Notes under the pieces: model-generated | What the model saw: the letters and a program-made list of their open reading frames with translations, nothing else | Told to the model about the DNA's origin: nothing | Database searches by the model: none | Position numbers and translations under genes: made by a program | From: Paecilomyces variotii | Taxonomy: Eukaryota | Direction: 5' to 3' (one strand) | Length of the DNA: 64,000 nt | NCBI GenBank assembly: GCA_004022145.1 | Contig: RCNU01000009.1 | Part shown: piece by piece, positions 51,404 to 64,000 of the stretch | Layout of the letters: every line of letters begins with the position of its first letter | Numbering within the stretch: the stretch's first letter is position 1

Positions 51404-52224
51404 CTCGAAAGTCGTGTAATGCTAAGTAGAATGATTAAATGCAGTGGGATCCCATAAGATGACCGTACTCATAGATCAACTTGAACTTGTGATAAATGAA
51501 AGTTGGAAGGAGAGAAGCTGTGAAGTGTTGCAAGATAATATAGAATCTAGAAATAGGAGACATTCACTGATGTCAAAGAGAAAAGAAAAAAGCAACAATT
51601 CAAGTCACATTGTCAGTCACCAGTGAATACGCCATCAGAATAGTTCAGCATCATGGAACCAGCTTCCTTATGATTCCGTCCATTCACCATATCAGCAGTA
51701 GAACCTGAGCAGCATGACCTGATGCTGTCTCCCCAGCCTCATGATAAACGGTGAAAGAACTCATGAACTACAGTCTGTGGATATATGATAGCATGCTGAA
51801 GCTAAGCTATTTTGCAGAGGTAAAGAAAGTAACGGAGGGCGTTAAGGCGAACCATGGATCACCGGCCCATAGTAAGCATGAGGGGTAGTACTCACCTCTG
51901 GATCAACGCTCTGTATCTCGAAGCTGGTTTTCGCAAGATTTCTCCTGTCATCCAGTTGCTGTGAGAGCAGTCAGGATACGCAAAAGAAAAAGAGAAAAGA
52001 GAAAAAACAGACATGCGCTGGGGAAGACGAGCATCAGGGTCTCGTTCGTAGTCGAAACAACCGCCGTGGGACGGGCATACCACGCCTTAGCCCAAGACAA
52101 GCCAGGAGACGATCGACCCGGTTGAAACTCAAGAGAACAAGAACCCCCAATAGCCGCAAACTCCACCGCCGCAGACGAAACCCCGAACTCACGCCCCCAA
52201 CAGAGCCGCGACGAGTCAATTCAT

Positions 52225-53079
52225 ATGGATGAAACTAGCAGAAAGCGCCCGCTGGAGGATGATGACCCTTCTTCCACCGTCTCGCCCTCAAAACGCTCCA
52301 GGGCACCCGCCCCCAGCGGCCGAGCGCGAAGACAAAGTCTCAGCTCCGACTCCAGCTCGTCTACTGACACAACCTCCACAGTAAGCTCCCGTGACGACTC
52401 TTCCGAGAAGGAGAGCTCGAGCGCGGAAGAGGACAGCGATGATGAAAGCACTTCTTCCGAAGGCACAACTTCCTCATCCACGTCCTCGTCATCCTCTTCT
52501 TCATCGTCTTCCTCTTCCTCCGAAAGTGGGAATGGTGGCGAAAGGCGGATAGAAGACGCTGAAGATGACATCGATGAGTCGGACGACAGCTCCGATGATG
52601 AGGTTTCTATAACAAATGTGCCAGGCAGGCCAAAACCACGAATACAGCGAATGAATGGGGATTCGAGCATACTCTCTCGCATCTCAAGCTTCCTACCCAA
52701 GCTGAAAGCTGCGAACGACGATCTGCAGCGAAATCTCGAGGCTGGGAAATCCAAGGATATAGTCATGGACGACGTGGATGAGGAGAATGAGGGACAGTAT
52801 ATAGAAATGGTAGGTCTATTCCACGCTACAGAGATGGTTACTTGGGAAGGTACTGAGCAGTGACTCTCGCAGAATCTTGGTTTGGGGGTCCTGGAGGGAC
52901 AAGATACTGAAGGAAACGGCGAATCGGGTACCGAAGAGGATAGCGATGGCACCTCCGATAATGAAACAGGTCCATCTACGAGCAGACATCGGACACAACT
53001 GAATAGCAATGTCCTGGATAAGCTGATGGGCAAGAAGACAAAGCTGAAAGGACCGGCTATTGAGGAAATGGAAGACTAA
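52225..53079 (+). CDS. NOPCHAP1/DUF4598-like protein (box C/D snoRNP assembly chaperone family) with Ser/acidic N-terminus
   Basis: Exons 52225-52809 and 52873-53079. Motifs LSRISSFLPKLKAANDDL, YIEM|NLGLGVLE, C-terminal IEEM. Confidence 0.75.
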
Positions 53080-53487
53080 CAGCTTCTTTGCCAAAAGAGA
53101 CTGTTCATCTGCAGTAAAACCAGCTCCCTCCTGAGAACCCTTCCATCTAGAGCATCATGAGCGATGTTTTCTCAAGTGCATTTGGATCAGAACCTCGTCA
53201 GAAGATCCATTCTGTTGCAGACTTAGCTAGTTGTGGACCAACTAACAAGAGACCATAAAACCAGCCACATGAGAGAAAATTAAGCGTCCCAGTAAATCCA
53301 TAGATACAATCACAACCGTGACTTGACGTGAAAAATGTTTAATACATCCCAGAGATCTGATGGCCCGGATACGAAGATCTATATAGGAAGAAGCGCGCTT
53401 CATCCCGCAGAAAACTCATCCTCAAAAAAGAAAAAAAAAAGCAGTATTCTCTATACCAGAGCGTCTAGCACCGATCATTGTCAGTCA

Positions 53488-55274
53488 TTACGCAACTTGC
53501 TTAATACGGCAAGTCCATCCAGATTCCTTGCTAAGGAGCGGCAGGCTGTAGTAAAGGACGTCAGTATTCGTTTCTGACCCTTTTTTTATGGAAGAACTTA
53601 CCTTGCACCAAGACACCAACCGAGTTCGTTACCCTTGATCTTCTTTGCAATCTTGACTTCGCGGGAAAGGGGCATCTCGTAGCCAGTGTGCAACAGACCA
53701 AGCATGAAGTTGAGGTCAAGGCACGTCTCTGGGCGATCCCGAAGCTCCTCCAAGGCTCCCTGGACACCCTCGAAAACACCCCAGCTATCTTCGCCGGCAC
53801 ACACGGTGCTAGTGAGACGGTGGAGCTCCTCCAGGGTGAAAGCGTCTGGCATACCCAGGGGCTTTGTCCGATCGTAGAAGTACGAGAAGATGTAGACATC
53901 CTCTCTGGCGAAAGTCTTCTCCAGGGAAGGCTGGTGAACGCCGTTGAATGAGCACGGGGCAAGCTTGCAGTCAGCATCCTTCTTGAGGATCTTCTCCGCT
54001 AGGCCCCTGCACTGCGCCGAAGCGGACAGTTCCTTTGGACCCGCCATCGTGACAGTCACACGGGGCCCGAGTGGGTGGTCATCTGGGAAGGTAAGATTGA
54101 CCTGAACGTCCATGCCAGGGCTAACGCACGGGTTGGGGATGGGCTGGTTAAGCCAGGAGAGATCCTTGGGACTCAGAGCCAGCTTAGACTCAACCACAGT
54201 CTTGTGGATGGCGTCACGGGCTGCCATGAGACCATAGCCCAGATGAGAGTGCTGATAGAGTTCAAAGTCCCTGCCACCAAACTGGAGCTCATACTTGTGG
54301 TCGCCGTCGGCGAGCTTCTGAGGCATGCCGCCGTCTTCGCTTTTCTCGAAAGTGGGCTGGAAGACGATTTGAGTCGAACCACCACCAAGGTCAAAGATAG
54401 CAGCGGTAGGCGTCTCGTCAGGGCCACCGATCTTGCCCAGCAGGTAGTTCGTAGTGATCCAAGCGTAAACGCCCTCGTCGGAACCATCCATGATCTCAAC
54501 GCCACCCTTCTCCTTAGAAACCACAGGGAAAGGATAGACGGTCTCCAAACGATGCCTGACAGCCTCCAGAATCTTCTCACTCATTTCGCTACCGAGCATT
54601 CGCAGACCAGCAGTCGCCTTAACAGCAACGGGTGTGCACGACTTGTATTCGTCGGGAACCGTCTTCACGGCCACATCCATCAGAGGATCCAGACTCTTTG
54701 CTGCACCTTCAGCATCCTCTCTGTAAGAGCTGAGACCTGAACCGCCCTTTCTCTTTTCGGTCATCTCGAATCTCTCATCCTCAAGTTCAGGAGTAGGACC
54801 ACAGTTGTTGAACCGGTAGACGTGAATCCGGGAGCCCGTACTGCCTGCATCGATCATCAACGCATACTGGATAAGAGGCTTCGATGGATCATATGGCTTC
54901 GTGCACTTCGTCGTGAGTGATGACCCGGACTCCGACTGTCCTGTTGGCCGTCAGTAGTTTCCTTTCAACCTTCCGCTCCTGAACGTACCTCCGCCGACTC
55001 TGGCTACTGTGTTCCTTGAGGGAGAGAGAATGAAAATCAAGAATAGCAAAACACCAACGATAGCCCCAGTCTTGAGGTACCGCGATCTCTGGCTCTGCGT
55101 CATTATCATGGGTGATGGGTTTCCGGACAGTTTGTCCGAGTTCGTATGTGTCTTTTCAGATGGACCAATGGCGGCCTTCGCAGGATGCAATGCTAATCGC
55201 TTCCTGTTGCTAGGTCTCAGCGTGAGATAAGACCAGAAACCTGGGTGTTGTCCAGTGTCAACACCTGTCGACAT
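53488..55274 (-). CDS. gda1: Golgi guanosine diphosphatase (GDA1/CD39 NTPDase)
   Basis: Exons 55274-54989, 54940-53602, 53545-53488. Type II transmembrane segment and apyrase regions DAGSTGSR, ATAGLR, EGVYAW, DLGGGSTQ, GWCLGA. Start codon uncertain. Confidence 0.93.
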
Positions 55275-55797
55275 ACGAGCAAAAAGAAACAAACAGGTCT
55301 GCGCAGGGCGTACACTGGGGATGAAGCGACCGTACCACGACCAGTTAAGGGGGCGAATCAATGACAGGGAACAGCTGCGGCAATCATTGATTCCGCCAGG
55401 AACCTCAGGGCCTTCTCTGGACGAGTCAGTGGCCGAGAAGGATCGGAAACCTCGATGTCGTCAAAGAAGCTGGCGAACAGAAAGTATCCGGTGCGAGTCC
55501 GCAGGGGAGAAGTTGGGAGAGGAATCGCCCGTGGCAAATTGCAGTACGGGGCAATAATAGTAGTAGTAGAAATGCGTGGCGCATGGCGGCTGTGGCTGTT
55601 CGATCCCGTTTCTGGAACACGCCCGCAAGCGGTGCTCTCACGCGAGTTATGACTATGGTTATTATTGTTCTCTCAGCAGTCAACCTCTTTGTTTAGCTAG
55701 AGACCTTGGTGATCGAACTTTATTATTTCACGCAATCCATCTTCTCTGTTCTACGATAACTCCGCCGGCTGCGCTGGCCACCGGCGCCTGCAGCAAG

Positions 55798-56502
55798 ATG
55801 AAACATATCCGCGGCCTGGTGTCGACAGCACAAGCACTCCGCCATACGTTCCTCCGTCCGCTAGAAATCTCACGAATTCCATTGACTACGCGATATGGAT
55901 TTTCACAGCCTCAAAGACAAGTGAGGTCTATCCAATATTCTGGAGGAGCAAAGTCCGCAGCAGCCAATGCGGCTGGCCCGAAGACGCAGGGAATCATCAA
56001 GGATGAAGATATTCGTGCTCAGCAAATACAACTGGTCAATGAGAGCGGAGGTCTGGATCCGCCTGAGAGGACGATTAATGTCTTACGATCCATCAATCGA
56101 TCTGAATACTTCCTCGTCCAAGTGTCCCCTGGTTCCGCAGACCGACTACCGGTTTGCAAGCTTATGAGTAAGAAAGCTTTGCGTGAGCAAGAGAAGGCAA
56201 AATCAAAGGCAGCCCATGCGGCAAAGACTGCCGTCAAGCAACTTGAACTCAACTGGGCCATTGATGCACATGACCTCTCGCATCGGATGAAACAACTCGT
56301 GTCGTTCCTCGAGAAGGGCCGGAAAGTCGAGATCATTTTGACGCGGAAGAAAGGGAAGAGGCCGCCTGTTGCGGAGGAAGTGAAGAAAGTGATGGATACG
56401 GTGCTGGACACAGTAAGGGATGCGGACGCTGCCCAGATGAAACCCATGGAAGGAGAGCCAGGAAAGCATGTTCTGATGGTGGTTAAAAAGAAGGACGCGT
56501 GA
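55798..56502 (+). CDS. aim23: Mitochondrial translation initiation factor IF-3
   Basis: Presequence-like N-terminus; IKDEDI..IQLVNE, KQLELNWAIDAHDLSHRMKQLVSFLEKGRKVEI. Confidence 0.8.
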   Translation: MKHIRGLVSTAQALRHTFLRPLEISRIPLTTRYGFSQPQRQVRSIQYSGGAKSAAANAAGPKTQGIIKDEDIRAQQIQLVNESGGLDPPERTINVLRSINRSEYFLVQVSPGSADRLPVCKLMSKKALREQEKAKSKAAHAAKTAVKQLELNWAIDAHDLSHRMKQLVSFLEKGRKVEIILTRKKGKRPPVAEEVKKVMDTVLDTVRDADAAQMKPMEGEPGKHVLMVVKKKDA

Positions 56503-57043
56503 AGCGAAGATGGCGGACTCATATATCATGTACAATACGGAGCCAGGTTTTTAAGGGCACATATAAGATTACGAAAAAAGGAAAATCCAAAAATGACACC
56601 AATGTCTAACTACTCCTTTGATTCCGTTACAGATGTAGGAGTTTTAAGGTCAAGGAAGCTATGGTCTCTGCGCTGAAGCTAGGTAGTCATCTCAGAAAGA
56701 GATCTATGCTAGCGTGCTAGTTGATTCAGGTCTCTCTCACTAGGTAATTGACTCCATATCATCCATGGAATATCCGACAATGCCCTCGCAATCGCCTTGC
56801 AACGATCCAATATGGTATGCTCTAGTCGGTCTCGTCCAGCCAGTCTTATCCAGGCGTATCTGGCTCTCCGGGAGTCCGCAAAACGTGCGTTCCAATTGGC
56901 CAGTTCGGGTGCCTTGATGACTAAGCCCGGGATCCTAAAATTTTGGATGGAAGAACTTCGACTCGCCCAGACAGCTTGTAAACATCTCATCCATCCCCTT
57001 TCTTTCCTTTCGTCCCCCCTCTGTCAGTCGAAGGGCAGTCAGG

Positions 57044-58595
57044 ATGTCGTCTATCTCCAGATCCATCAACCTCCTCTTGCGGAGCAGCAGGTCTTCTCTG
57101 CTGCGGCCTCGTGCCGTCAACCCCATTCACCATGTCTTCGCAAACGAGAGACTGGCTGCCCGGGGTTTCGCGACCGCCTTCGAGCGGACGAAGCCTCACG
57201 TTAACATTGGTATGCATCCCACTGCTTATGGTGCTCGAATACCTGCTTACAATGGTCAATAGGTACCATTGGTCACGTCGACCACGGAAAGGTTAGCCCT
57301 CTTGACCCTTACACTCCCGGCCGTCGCCATCCTAACAGCGCCAAATAGACCACTTTGACTGCCGCTATCACCAAGCGTCAGGCCGAGAAGGGCTTTGCCA
57401 ACTTCCTAGAATATGGTGCTATTGACAAGGCTCCCGAGGAGCGAAAGCGTGGTATCACCATCTCCACCGCCCACATCGAGTATGAGACCGCCGACCGACA
57501 CTACGCTCACGTCGACTGTCCTGGTCACGCCGATTACATTAAGAACATGATCACTGGTGCTGCCAACATGGACGGTGCTATTGTCGTCGTTGCTGCCTCT
57601 GATGGTCAGATGTATGTCACCCCATAGTCTTCCCAGCTTGTCTACGTGTGAGTTGCGACTGACACTTAGTAGGCCCCAGACCCGTGAGCACCTGCTGCTC
57701 GCTCGTCAGGTCGGTGTCCAGAAGATCGTCGTCTTCGTCAACAAGGTCGATGCTGTCGAGGACAAGGAGATGCTGGAGCTCGTTGAGCTGGAAATGCGCG
57801 AGCTCCTGAGCAGCTACGGATTCGAGGGCGAGGAGACTCCCATCGTCTTCGGTTCCGCTCTCTGCGCCCTCGAGGGCCGTCAGCCCGAGCTTGGTGAGAC
57901 CAAGATTGACGAGCTCCTCCAGGCCGTCGACACCTGGATTCCCACCCCCCAGCGCGATCTCGACAAGCCCTTCCTCATGTCCGTTGAGGAGGTCTTCTCC
58001 ATCTCTGGACGCGGTACCGTCGCTTCCGGCCGTGTCGAGCGTGGTATCCTGAAGAAGGATTCCGAGGTTGAGATCATTGGTGGCTCCCTTACCCCCATCA
58101 AGACCAAGGTCACCGACATTGAGACTTTCAAGAAGTCCTGCGACGAGTCTCGCGCTGGTGACAACTCCGGTCTTCTGCTGCGTGGTGTCAAGCGTGAGGA
58201 TGTCCGCCGTGGAATGGTTATCGCTGTCCCTGGAAGCACCAAGGCCCACGACAAGTTCTTGGTCTCCATGTACGTTCTGACTGAGGCTGAGGGTGGTCGC
58301 CGTACTGGTTTCGGTGCCAACTACCGTCCCCAGGTCTTTATTCGCACTGCTGGTGAGTAGATCATATCCTCCGCTATTGGATCCGAGTAGCTTATTGACT
58401 TGTTTTGTAGATGAGGCTGCCGATCTCAGCTGGCCTGGCGATGACCAGTCCAAGCAGGTCATGCCTGGTGACAACGTCGAGATGGTTCTGAAGACTCACC
58501 ACCCCGTCGCCGCCGAAGCTGGTCAGCGCTTCAACATCCGTGAGGGTGGTCGTACCGTGGCCACTGGTCTTATCACCCGTGTCATGACCGACTAA
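57044..58595 (+). CDS. tuf1: Mitochondrial elongation factor Tu
   Basis: Exons 57044-57209, 57263-57291, 57349-57611, 57673-58352, 58411-58595. Motifs [32 protein letters not shown]. Confidence 0.97.
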
Positions 58596-59015
58596 GCGAC
58601 TGTTATTATAGGCGAGTCGAATGACTGGCTGCTCTGTATGATCGATCTCTTTTTGTTCGCACGTTCTTGCAAAGCACGGGAATCGCACGGGACTGCAGGA
58701 GAAACGGGAAATGTCGGGACGGTGCTAATGAGCCGGAGTTTTTCGTTTCAGCCTTGTACATTGTACCACCACCTTTGTTCCAGATGTAGTAGATCACTGG
58801 CATCTCTTCCGCCCACTCTCCACTTCAGAATGTGTGTTTGAAATACGACCAATATAAAAACTATTTACTTCATAACTTAAAATGATCTTCTACGTCCTTG
58901 GCTGAAGTATACAGTAACCCTCGGTTGACCTGCGACAATATTGTTCACAATGGATTCTCTGAGGACTTGTCCACTTCCCCAAAAGGTCTCTTATGTTTAC
59001 AGGACAGCATAAAAC

Positions 59016-59867
59016 TCAGGAGCGATCAACCTTACTATACATGATTTCTGTCCTCATCGTATACTTCACCCCGCGGTAGACATCGTCTCCCGCATGCCAT
59101 AAATCTCTCTGCTGAAAGAGCAGCACCGACCCAGTCTTCGGGAAAATTCTCAGACCACCATCATCACTGCCCATGAAATCGGGATGAAAAGAGGTAGCGC
59201 CTCCCAACAGCTTGCCGGAAGGGTCCATATTCGTATACGTTCCATCCTCATTCACTCTCTTCTCTGCCTCTGCCAACTCACTCAGATCCTGCTCTCCGTC
59301 TCCGTTCAGATACAGATGGATCGTGAAAAGTGATCTTTCCTTCCCATCGGGCGTCACATACGCCCCATCATAGTGCGTACGAAAATACTCACCCCCCTCA
59401 TACTTGAGAAAGCGCAAGCGTTCATTCAGCCGCGACATTTGCAATGTTTCCTTACGCTTCACGGGCCCAAGACCTGTGATATGGCCTTGATCGTAAATAG
59501 TATCAACGCCACACTCAATCAAGAACGGCCTGAGACGGTCCATAATCCTCTTCGCAATAACTGGGGCGTCATAGAGAATCCGTCCGCAATTTCGCGTATC
59601 TGTCACCATGGTCTCTTTACCGTTACCGGCATTGACCATGGCGCGTGCCCACTTTGGAGTTGGCACATCTGGGGTGATGGTGCTCGCTTCCGCAGCCTTG
59701 ATGAGCTGTTGACATTCGGATTCGGTGAATGCGTTATCGATAATAAAGGCGATGTAGTTTTTATATCCTATCAACTTTTCCCCGGCGCTTTCCCAGTCGA
59801 CCTTGCGCATGTGCGCTTCTTTGGGAGCAGCGGCAGGGAGAAAGTCTGGAGGTGGTTCCCAAGCCAT
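59016..59867 (-). CDS. 2-oxoglutarate/Fe(II)-dependent oxygenase (prolyl-4-hydroxylase-like fold)
   Basis: Intronless, 283 aa. LNERLRFLKY..FRTHYDG (HxD), WHAG (distal His), KYTMRTE (2OG-binding Arg). Confidence 0.88.
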   Translation of the reverse strand: MAWEPPPDFLPAAAPKEAHMRKVDWESAGEKLIGYKNYIAFIIDNAFTESECQQLIKAAEASTITPDVPTPKWARAMVNAGNGKETMVTDTRNCGRILYDAPVIAKRIMDRLRPFLIECGVDTIYDQGHITGLGPVKRKETLQMSRLNERLRFLKYEGGEYFRTHYDGAYVTPDGKERSLFTIHLYLNGDGEQDLSELAEAEKRVNEDGTYTNMDPSGKLLGGATSFHPDFMGSDDGGLRIFPKTGSVLLFQQRDLWHAGDDVYRGVKYTMRTEIMYSKVDRS

Positions 59868-60178
59868 TGTGTAGCTGTGCTCTTCGCACGACCTATGCTC
59901 TTTCCGACTGTAGCGATAGCTAGTATAGAGTCGAGGTCAGAATAGTAACTTGAAAGGCAGATTGGTATTCTGGATTAAGAACTTGGACATACAATGGGAA
60001 CGCAAGAGCTTAAAAGCTGAATGTAAAAGTGAACATGAGTCGAATAGCTTTGACTCATTTCTCCGTGGCTGTGTTTTGATCTGTGAAGCCTCGTATTAAA
60101 CTGTTCAATGTCGCTAGTGTTCGTTGCCTAGTACTTAAAATGTGGGGGCGGACCAAGTCAATAGGCCATGCCCGTCGC

Positions 60179-60240
<62 letters not shown>

Positions 60241-60241
60241 T
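60179..60241 (+). repeat. (AAT)n microsatellite, about 20 units
   Basis: Direct read. Confidence 0.95.
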
Positions 60242-61079
60242 AGAGAAATAGCTACTAAACGTGCTGGACGACTCAATGTGTGGGATGAATTTATATGGAC
60301 ATGTTGCTCTCCGATGAGTTGGCGCTGCTTGGAAGATGGATGGCGCCTTAAGGACATGCTAACTTTAGGTAACGACTTATTCTTTGGAGGAGGGACCCAT
60401 GTAGATCTGAAGCCTCACAACTGATACATTGACAGTATTCGCCTAGTATGAAATCTGATATCCTTGGCAATTCCGAAACCCATTAGCATTCTAAACATGC
60501 TCACACCATAGCCACAGCAAACACGGAGCATGCTTTCCTTTTTGCTGTAAACTCTATATGGTCATCTTAAAAGGCTCATGAAATATTTCTCGCTATCCGA
60601 GGGAGATCAGAGAACATTGAGATAATTACTGCCATTGCAGACCTGTGGCAGAAGTACATTTATTGATGACCACGTTTGTGATAGATAATACCCAAGGATG
60701 ACGCTAAGCGGGAGGAACCCTGCAATTCGTGCAGAGAATACGCTGTACAGACACTTCACTTCTTGGGTATTAAGGCATAATCTTCCTTCGAAAGCTGTGG
60801 CCTCGACCAATTGAATCACCTTTCTTACATCCAGAAGACATGACTATTCAGTAAATCGCAAAGTCTTAAGATATCACAACAGTAACACTAACCACAACAT
60901 AAGACAGAAGAAAAGGAGGAGGCCAAAGTGAATATGTGAGTTAATTGGCATACTATAGTAATGAAATAGACATGTCTAACGTAAGTCATACTAATCTTCT
61001 TGAAACCACGCAAGGACACACTAAGGATGGTGCCATGTACGTACATAATCCTCCATTTGCCAAATTCCTTGGCTAAAAT

Positions 61080-64000
61080 CTATTTACCCCAGTTACCGTT
61101 AATCTTGGACTTGCGAAGAACAATATCGACCAAGGAGCCGAGAGAGCCGGAAGAGAGAAGCTCGAGCACCTGCACGTTCGCCTCTGTCTCTCGAGCGATC
61201 CAGTTCCTGATCTCGATGGCTACCAGAGAGTCGAGTCCCAAAGAAGAGACTGTGACGGTGGGATCCATGTCGTCCACAGAGATACCCAACACTTCGGAAA
61301 GTTTAACGACGAGCGATTCATAGACCAACTGGTGCGCAGTATCTTTGGAGTCTGCCTTTTTGAGAGATTGGTGTAGAGGCACGACGGCGCCGTCACGGGC
61401 GGTGGTACCTGCTGATGCCTCAGCAGCCTCTCGTATGGCCTTGAACTTAGCATCATGTGCCCAGAAGCTGTCAATAGAGTTGGTCAAGTCCAGGCCTGTG
61501 ATACATTGTCCAGAACAAGACCGGTCAAGGTCACCCTTAATAGCAGCTGCTAAAAGGGCTAGGACCTCTGATTCATCGATGGTCTGACCCCCAATGTTTT
61601 TGAGGACTTCCTTCTGACGGGAAGGGTCAGTATCGGCCAGGTATCCAACATCGCTAACGGCTGCCAGGTCAATAGAAGTTCCTGGCAGGCCTCGAGACTT
61701 GCGGTATTCCATGAAGCCGTCGAGGAATACATTCGCTGCCGAGTAGGCTGCCTGGCCACGGTTGCCGACAACACCAGCGACAGATGAAAGGGCAATAAAG
61801 AAATCAAGTGGCGATCTAGCAAGAGCATAGTGCAAGTTCCAGGCACCATCCACTTTGCTGGAAACAACAGCGTTGAAGTCATCGAGGGTCATATTCTCAT
61901 AGAGCATATCCTATGCTAATTAGCGCCGTCTTCACAAGATGGCAATGGTCAGGTAACTCACTTTCAGGACCATGGCACCATGCACGACTCCGCGGATTGG
62001 AGGCAGGTGGCTCAAAGAATCGATGAGGGTTTCAACCGACTGCTGTTGGCTCACGTCACAGGGTTTGACGATAATATTGGTGCCATTTTTGGCCAATTCG
62101 TCGATTAGAACTTGTACCTTGCTGTCAATCTTGCCGGAACGTGAAACTAGAACAACATTTCGCGCCCCCTTGGTGGATAGCCATTTTGCCATACTGCGGC
62201 CCAAACCACCTGTTCCACCAATGAGGATGTAGGTTGCATCCGGGTTCAATAGAGCAGAATCAGTTCTGGGCGTCAAGGCCTTGTAAACGATTAAACAAGT
62301 TAGTAACGATGGTTAACGATCAAAAGATTGCGAAGATCACCCACTTTAACCTGGTCACCTTCTCGAGGCACCACCACCAATTTTCCAATGTTCCTCCCTG
62401 TCTGTAGTGTACGGAATGCCGTTTCTAGCTCGGAAATGCCGTATGTAGTAAGAGGGGTGATGGGCCGCACGATTTTCTGCTTAAAGAGTGTGGAAATGTC
62501 TTCAAGAAGACGCTTCATCAACTGCGGACGGTATTTCGCAACCTTCGTGAGGTCAACAGACGCGAATGAGACGTTGTACTCGAAGGGGAACATGTCTAGG
62601 CGGCTGTTCTTCGTAATGTCTGCCTTTCCAATCTCAATGAAACGCCCAAATGGAGCGAGGCATTGCCAGGTTTCTCGTAGAAGGTCACCTGCGAGAGAGT
62701 TGATAACGACATCCACGCCCTTATTGTTGGTTGCTCGTCGAAGCGCGGGTCCAAATGACGCATTACGACTGTAGAAAATTCGATCCTCGGGGATGGAATG
62801 GTGAGTTTTCAAGAATTCCTTCTTGTCCACACTGCCCACAGTGACATAAATATCGGCTCCAGCCATCTGTGCCAGCATGATTGCTGCTTGACCAACACCA
62901 CCAGCACCGGCATGGATCAAGACACGGTCACCGGGCTGTAGTTTTCCCAGGTCGAAGAGGCCATAATACGCTGTGCAGAAGACCACTGGGAGAGTTCCAG
63001 CTGTCTCGAACGGCAGTTCATCTGGAATCTCAACGACGCTGGTGCTCGGGGTTCGCGCATAAGTAGAATATCCGCCTTCTACCAGTGCCATCACTCGTTT
63101 GCCAACCTGGATTTCCTTGACGTTTTTACCGATTGCGGATACAACGCCACTGCATTCAATCCCGATGTATGGTTGTGATAACTGTCCCATAGATACCACA
63201 ACGTCCTTAAAGTTGACACCGGTCGCTTTTACTTCGATCTCGACTTGGTCGTCACCCAGGGGAGTGACGATATCGTCTTCAAAGTATAGACTATCAAGCG
63301 AGCCAGGGTTCTGTACTTGAACTTTGAATCGTCGGCCATGTTGAGTGAAAGGTTGAAGGGTCAGTGTCTGTCCATTAGTTTCGTTGTGGACAAATGCATT
63401 CGTATTATCGTCAGGAACCGCGCGCAAGACCAACAACTGCGAGTTTTCTGTCTTGAACTCCAAGTCTTTTGTTGGCTCGGAACCATCAATGGGCCAGAGA
63501 GCATCCATGGCGGCTATTATCGGGACGTATGCCAGATCAACATCTTGCGGACTAAGTCCCAGTGTCGCGATTTTTGCCAGAGTTTCTGACCGGACTGAGC
63601 GAGTAAGCCCAACCGTCATCTGCGCATCTGGCTTGTCGCTGCGGTAAACCCAGAGTATATTGGCGCCACTAAGCAGAATATTCTTGATAGCGTCAAAAAG
63701 ATAGCCGGTAAGATGGCGTAGTGAGCTGTCCCGTGTTTGAACAATGATAACGTTTTTCCCAGTGAAGTCAACAACATCACCCAACCCAAAGACAGACGGG
63801 CGGCTCTCTGCCAGATGGCCAATGACATCAGCAAGTTCGTCAGCGACCTGAGCAGAGTCGCCAAACTTGACAATAACGACATCATGTTGTGTAGCTTCAG
63901 CAGTGCCTTTTCCATTGGGAGTTGCATGCCCATTTGTTGTGGTTTGGCCATTGAGATCAGCGTGATGTGTAAGTACGACGTTTCCATTGCCATTGGTATG
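61080..64000 (-). CDS. Highly reducing iterative type I polyketide synthase, 3' part (ER-KR-ACP); 5' part outside the window
   Basis: Exons >64000-62345, 62279-61962, 61910-61080. ER: GVNFKDV, HAGAGGVGQAA. KR: GGTGGLG, VLKD, GQAAYSAAN. ACP: GLDSL. Confidence 0.95.

Noticed and set aside
57617..58474. Long antisense ORFs (also 54075-54740, 52221-53033 and the alternative-frame ORF 27491-28270)
   Set aside because: These are shadows of codon-biased or low-complexity coding sequence, with no protein-like motifs.
60055..60424. Poly-Asn/poly-Leu ORFs, and poly-Phe ORFs at 35013-35241
   Set aside because: Artefacts of the (AAT)n microsatellite and the poly(T) tract.

Overview
Eukaryotic DNA from a filamentous ascomycete, most likely a Eurotiomycete, judged by GT-AG introns with CTAAC/CTGAC branch sites and Aspergillus-like proteins. 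About 22 intact protein genes can be modelled by hand. Most are housekeeping: alpha-arrestin, GNAT, chs7, rpl28/uL15, Shg1-RS protein, a complex I subunit, zrg17, tul1/dscA, glycine cleavage H, mrp17, acyl-CoA thioesterase, DUF676 hydrolase, a non-canonical eIF4E, NOPCHAP1-like, gda1, mitochondrial IF3 and EF-Tu. Three accessory zones interrupt them. (1) 12-23 kb: an orphan FAD monooxygenase followed by an 8.3-kb gene desert with a probable MFS remnant. (2) 39-48 kb: a same-strand mosaic of decayed gene fragments (caspase-like, Gag-like, unknown), an intronless MDR reductase and a 13-exon NAD synthetase. (3) From 59 kb: a 2OG oxygenase and the 3' part (ER-KR-ACP) of a highly reducing PKS. Zones 1 and 2 share a ~75-90 bp hairpin-forming repeat (15784-15858 + and 42153-42242 -), and each copy points into gene debris; this is the best candidate for an undescribed element. 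No tRNA, rRNA or CRISPR was recognised. All family assignments come from motif recognition, not database searches.
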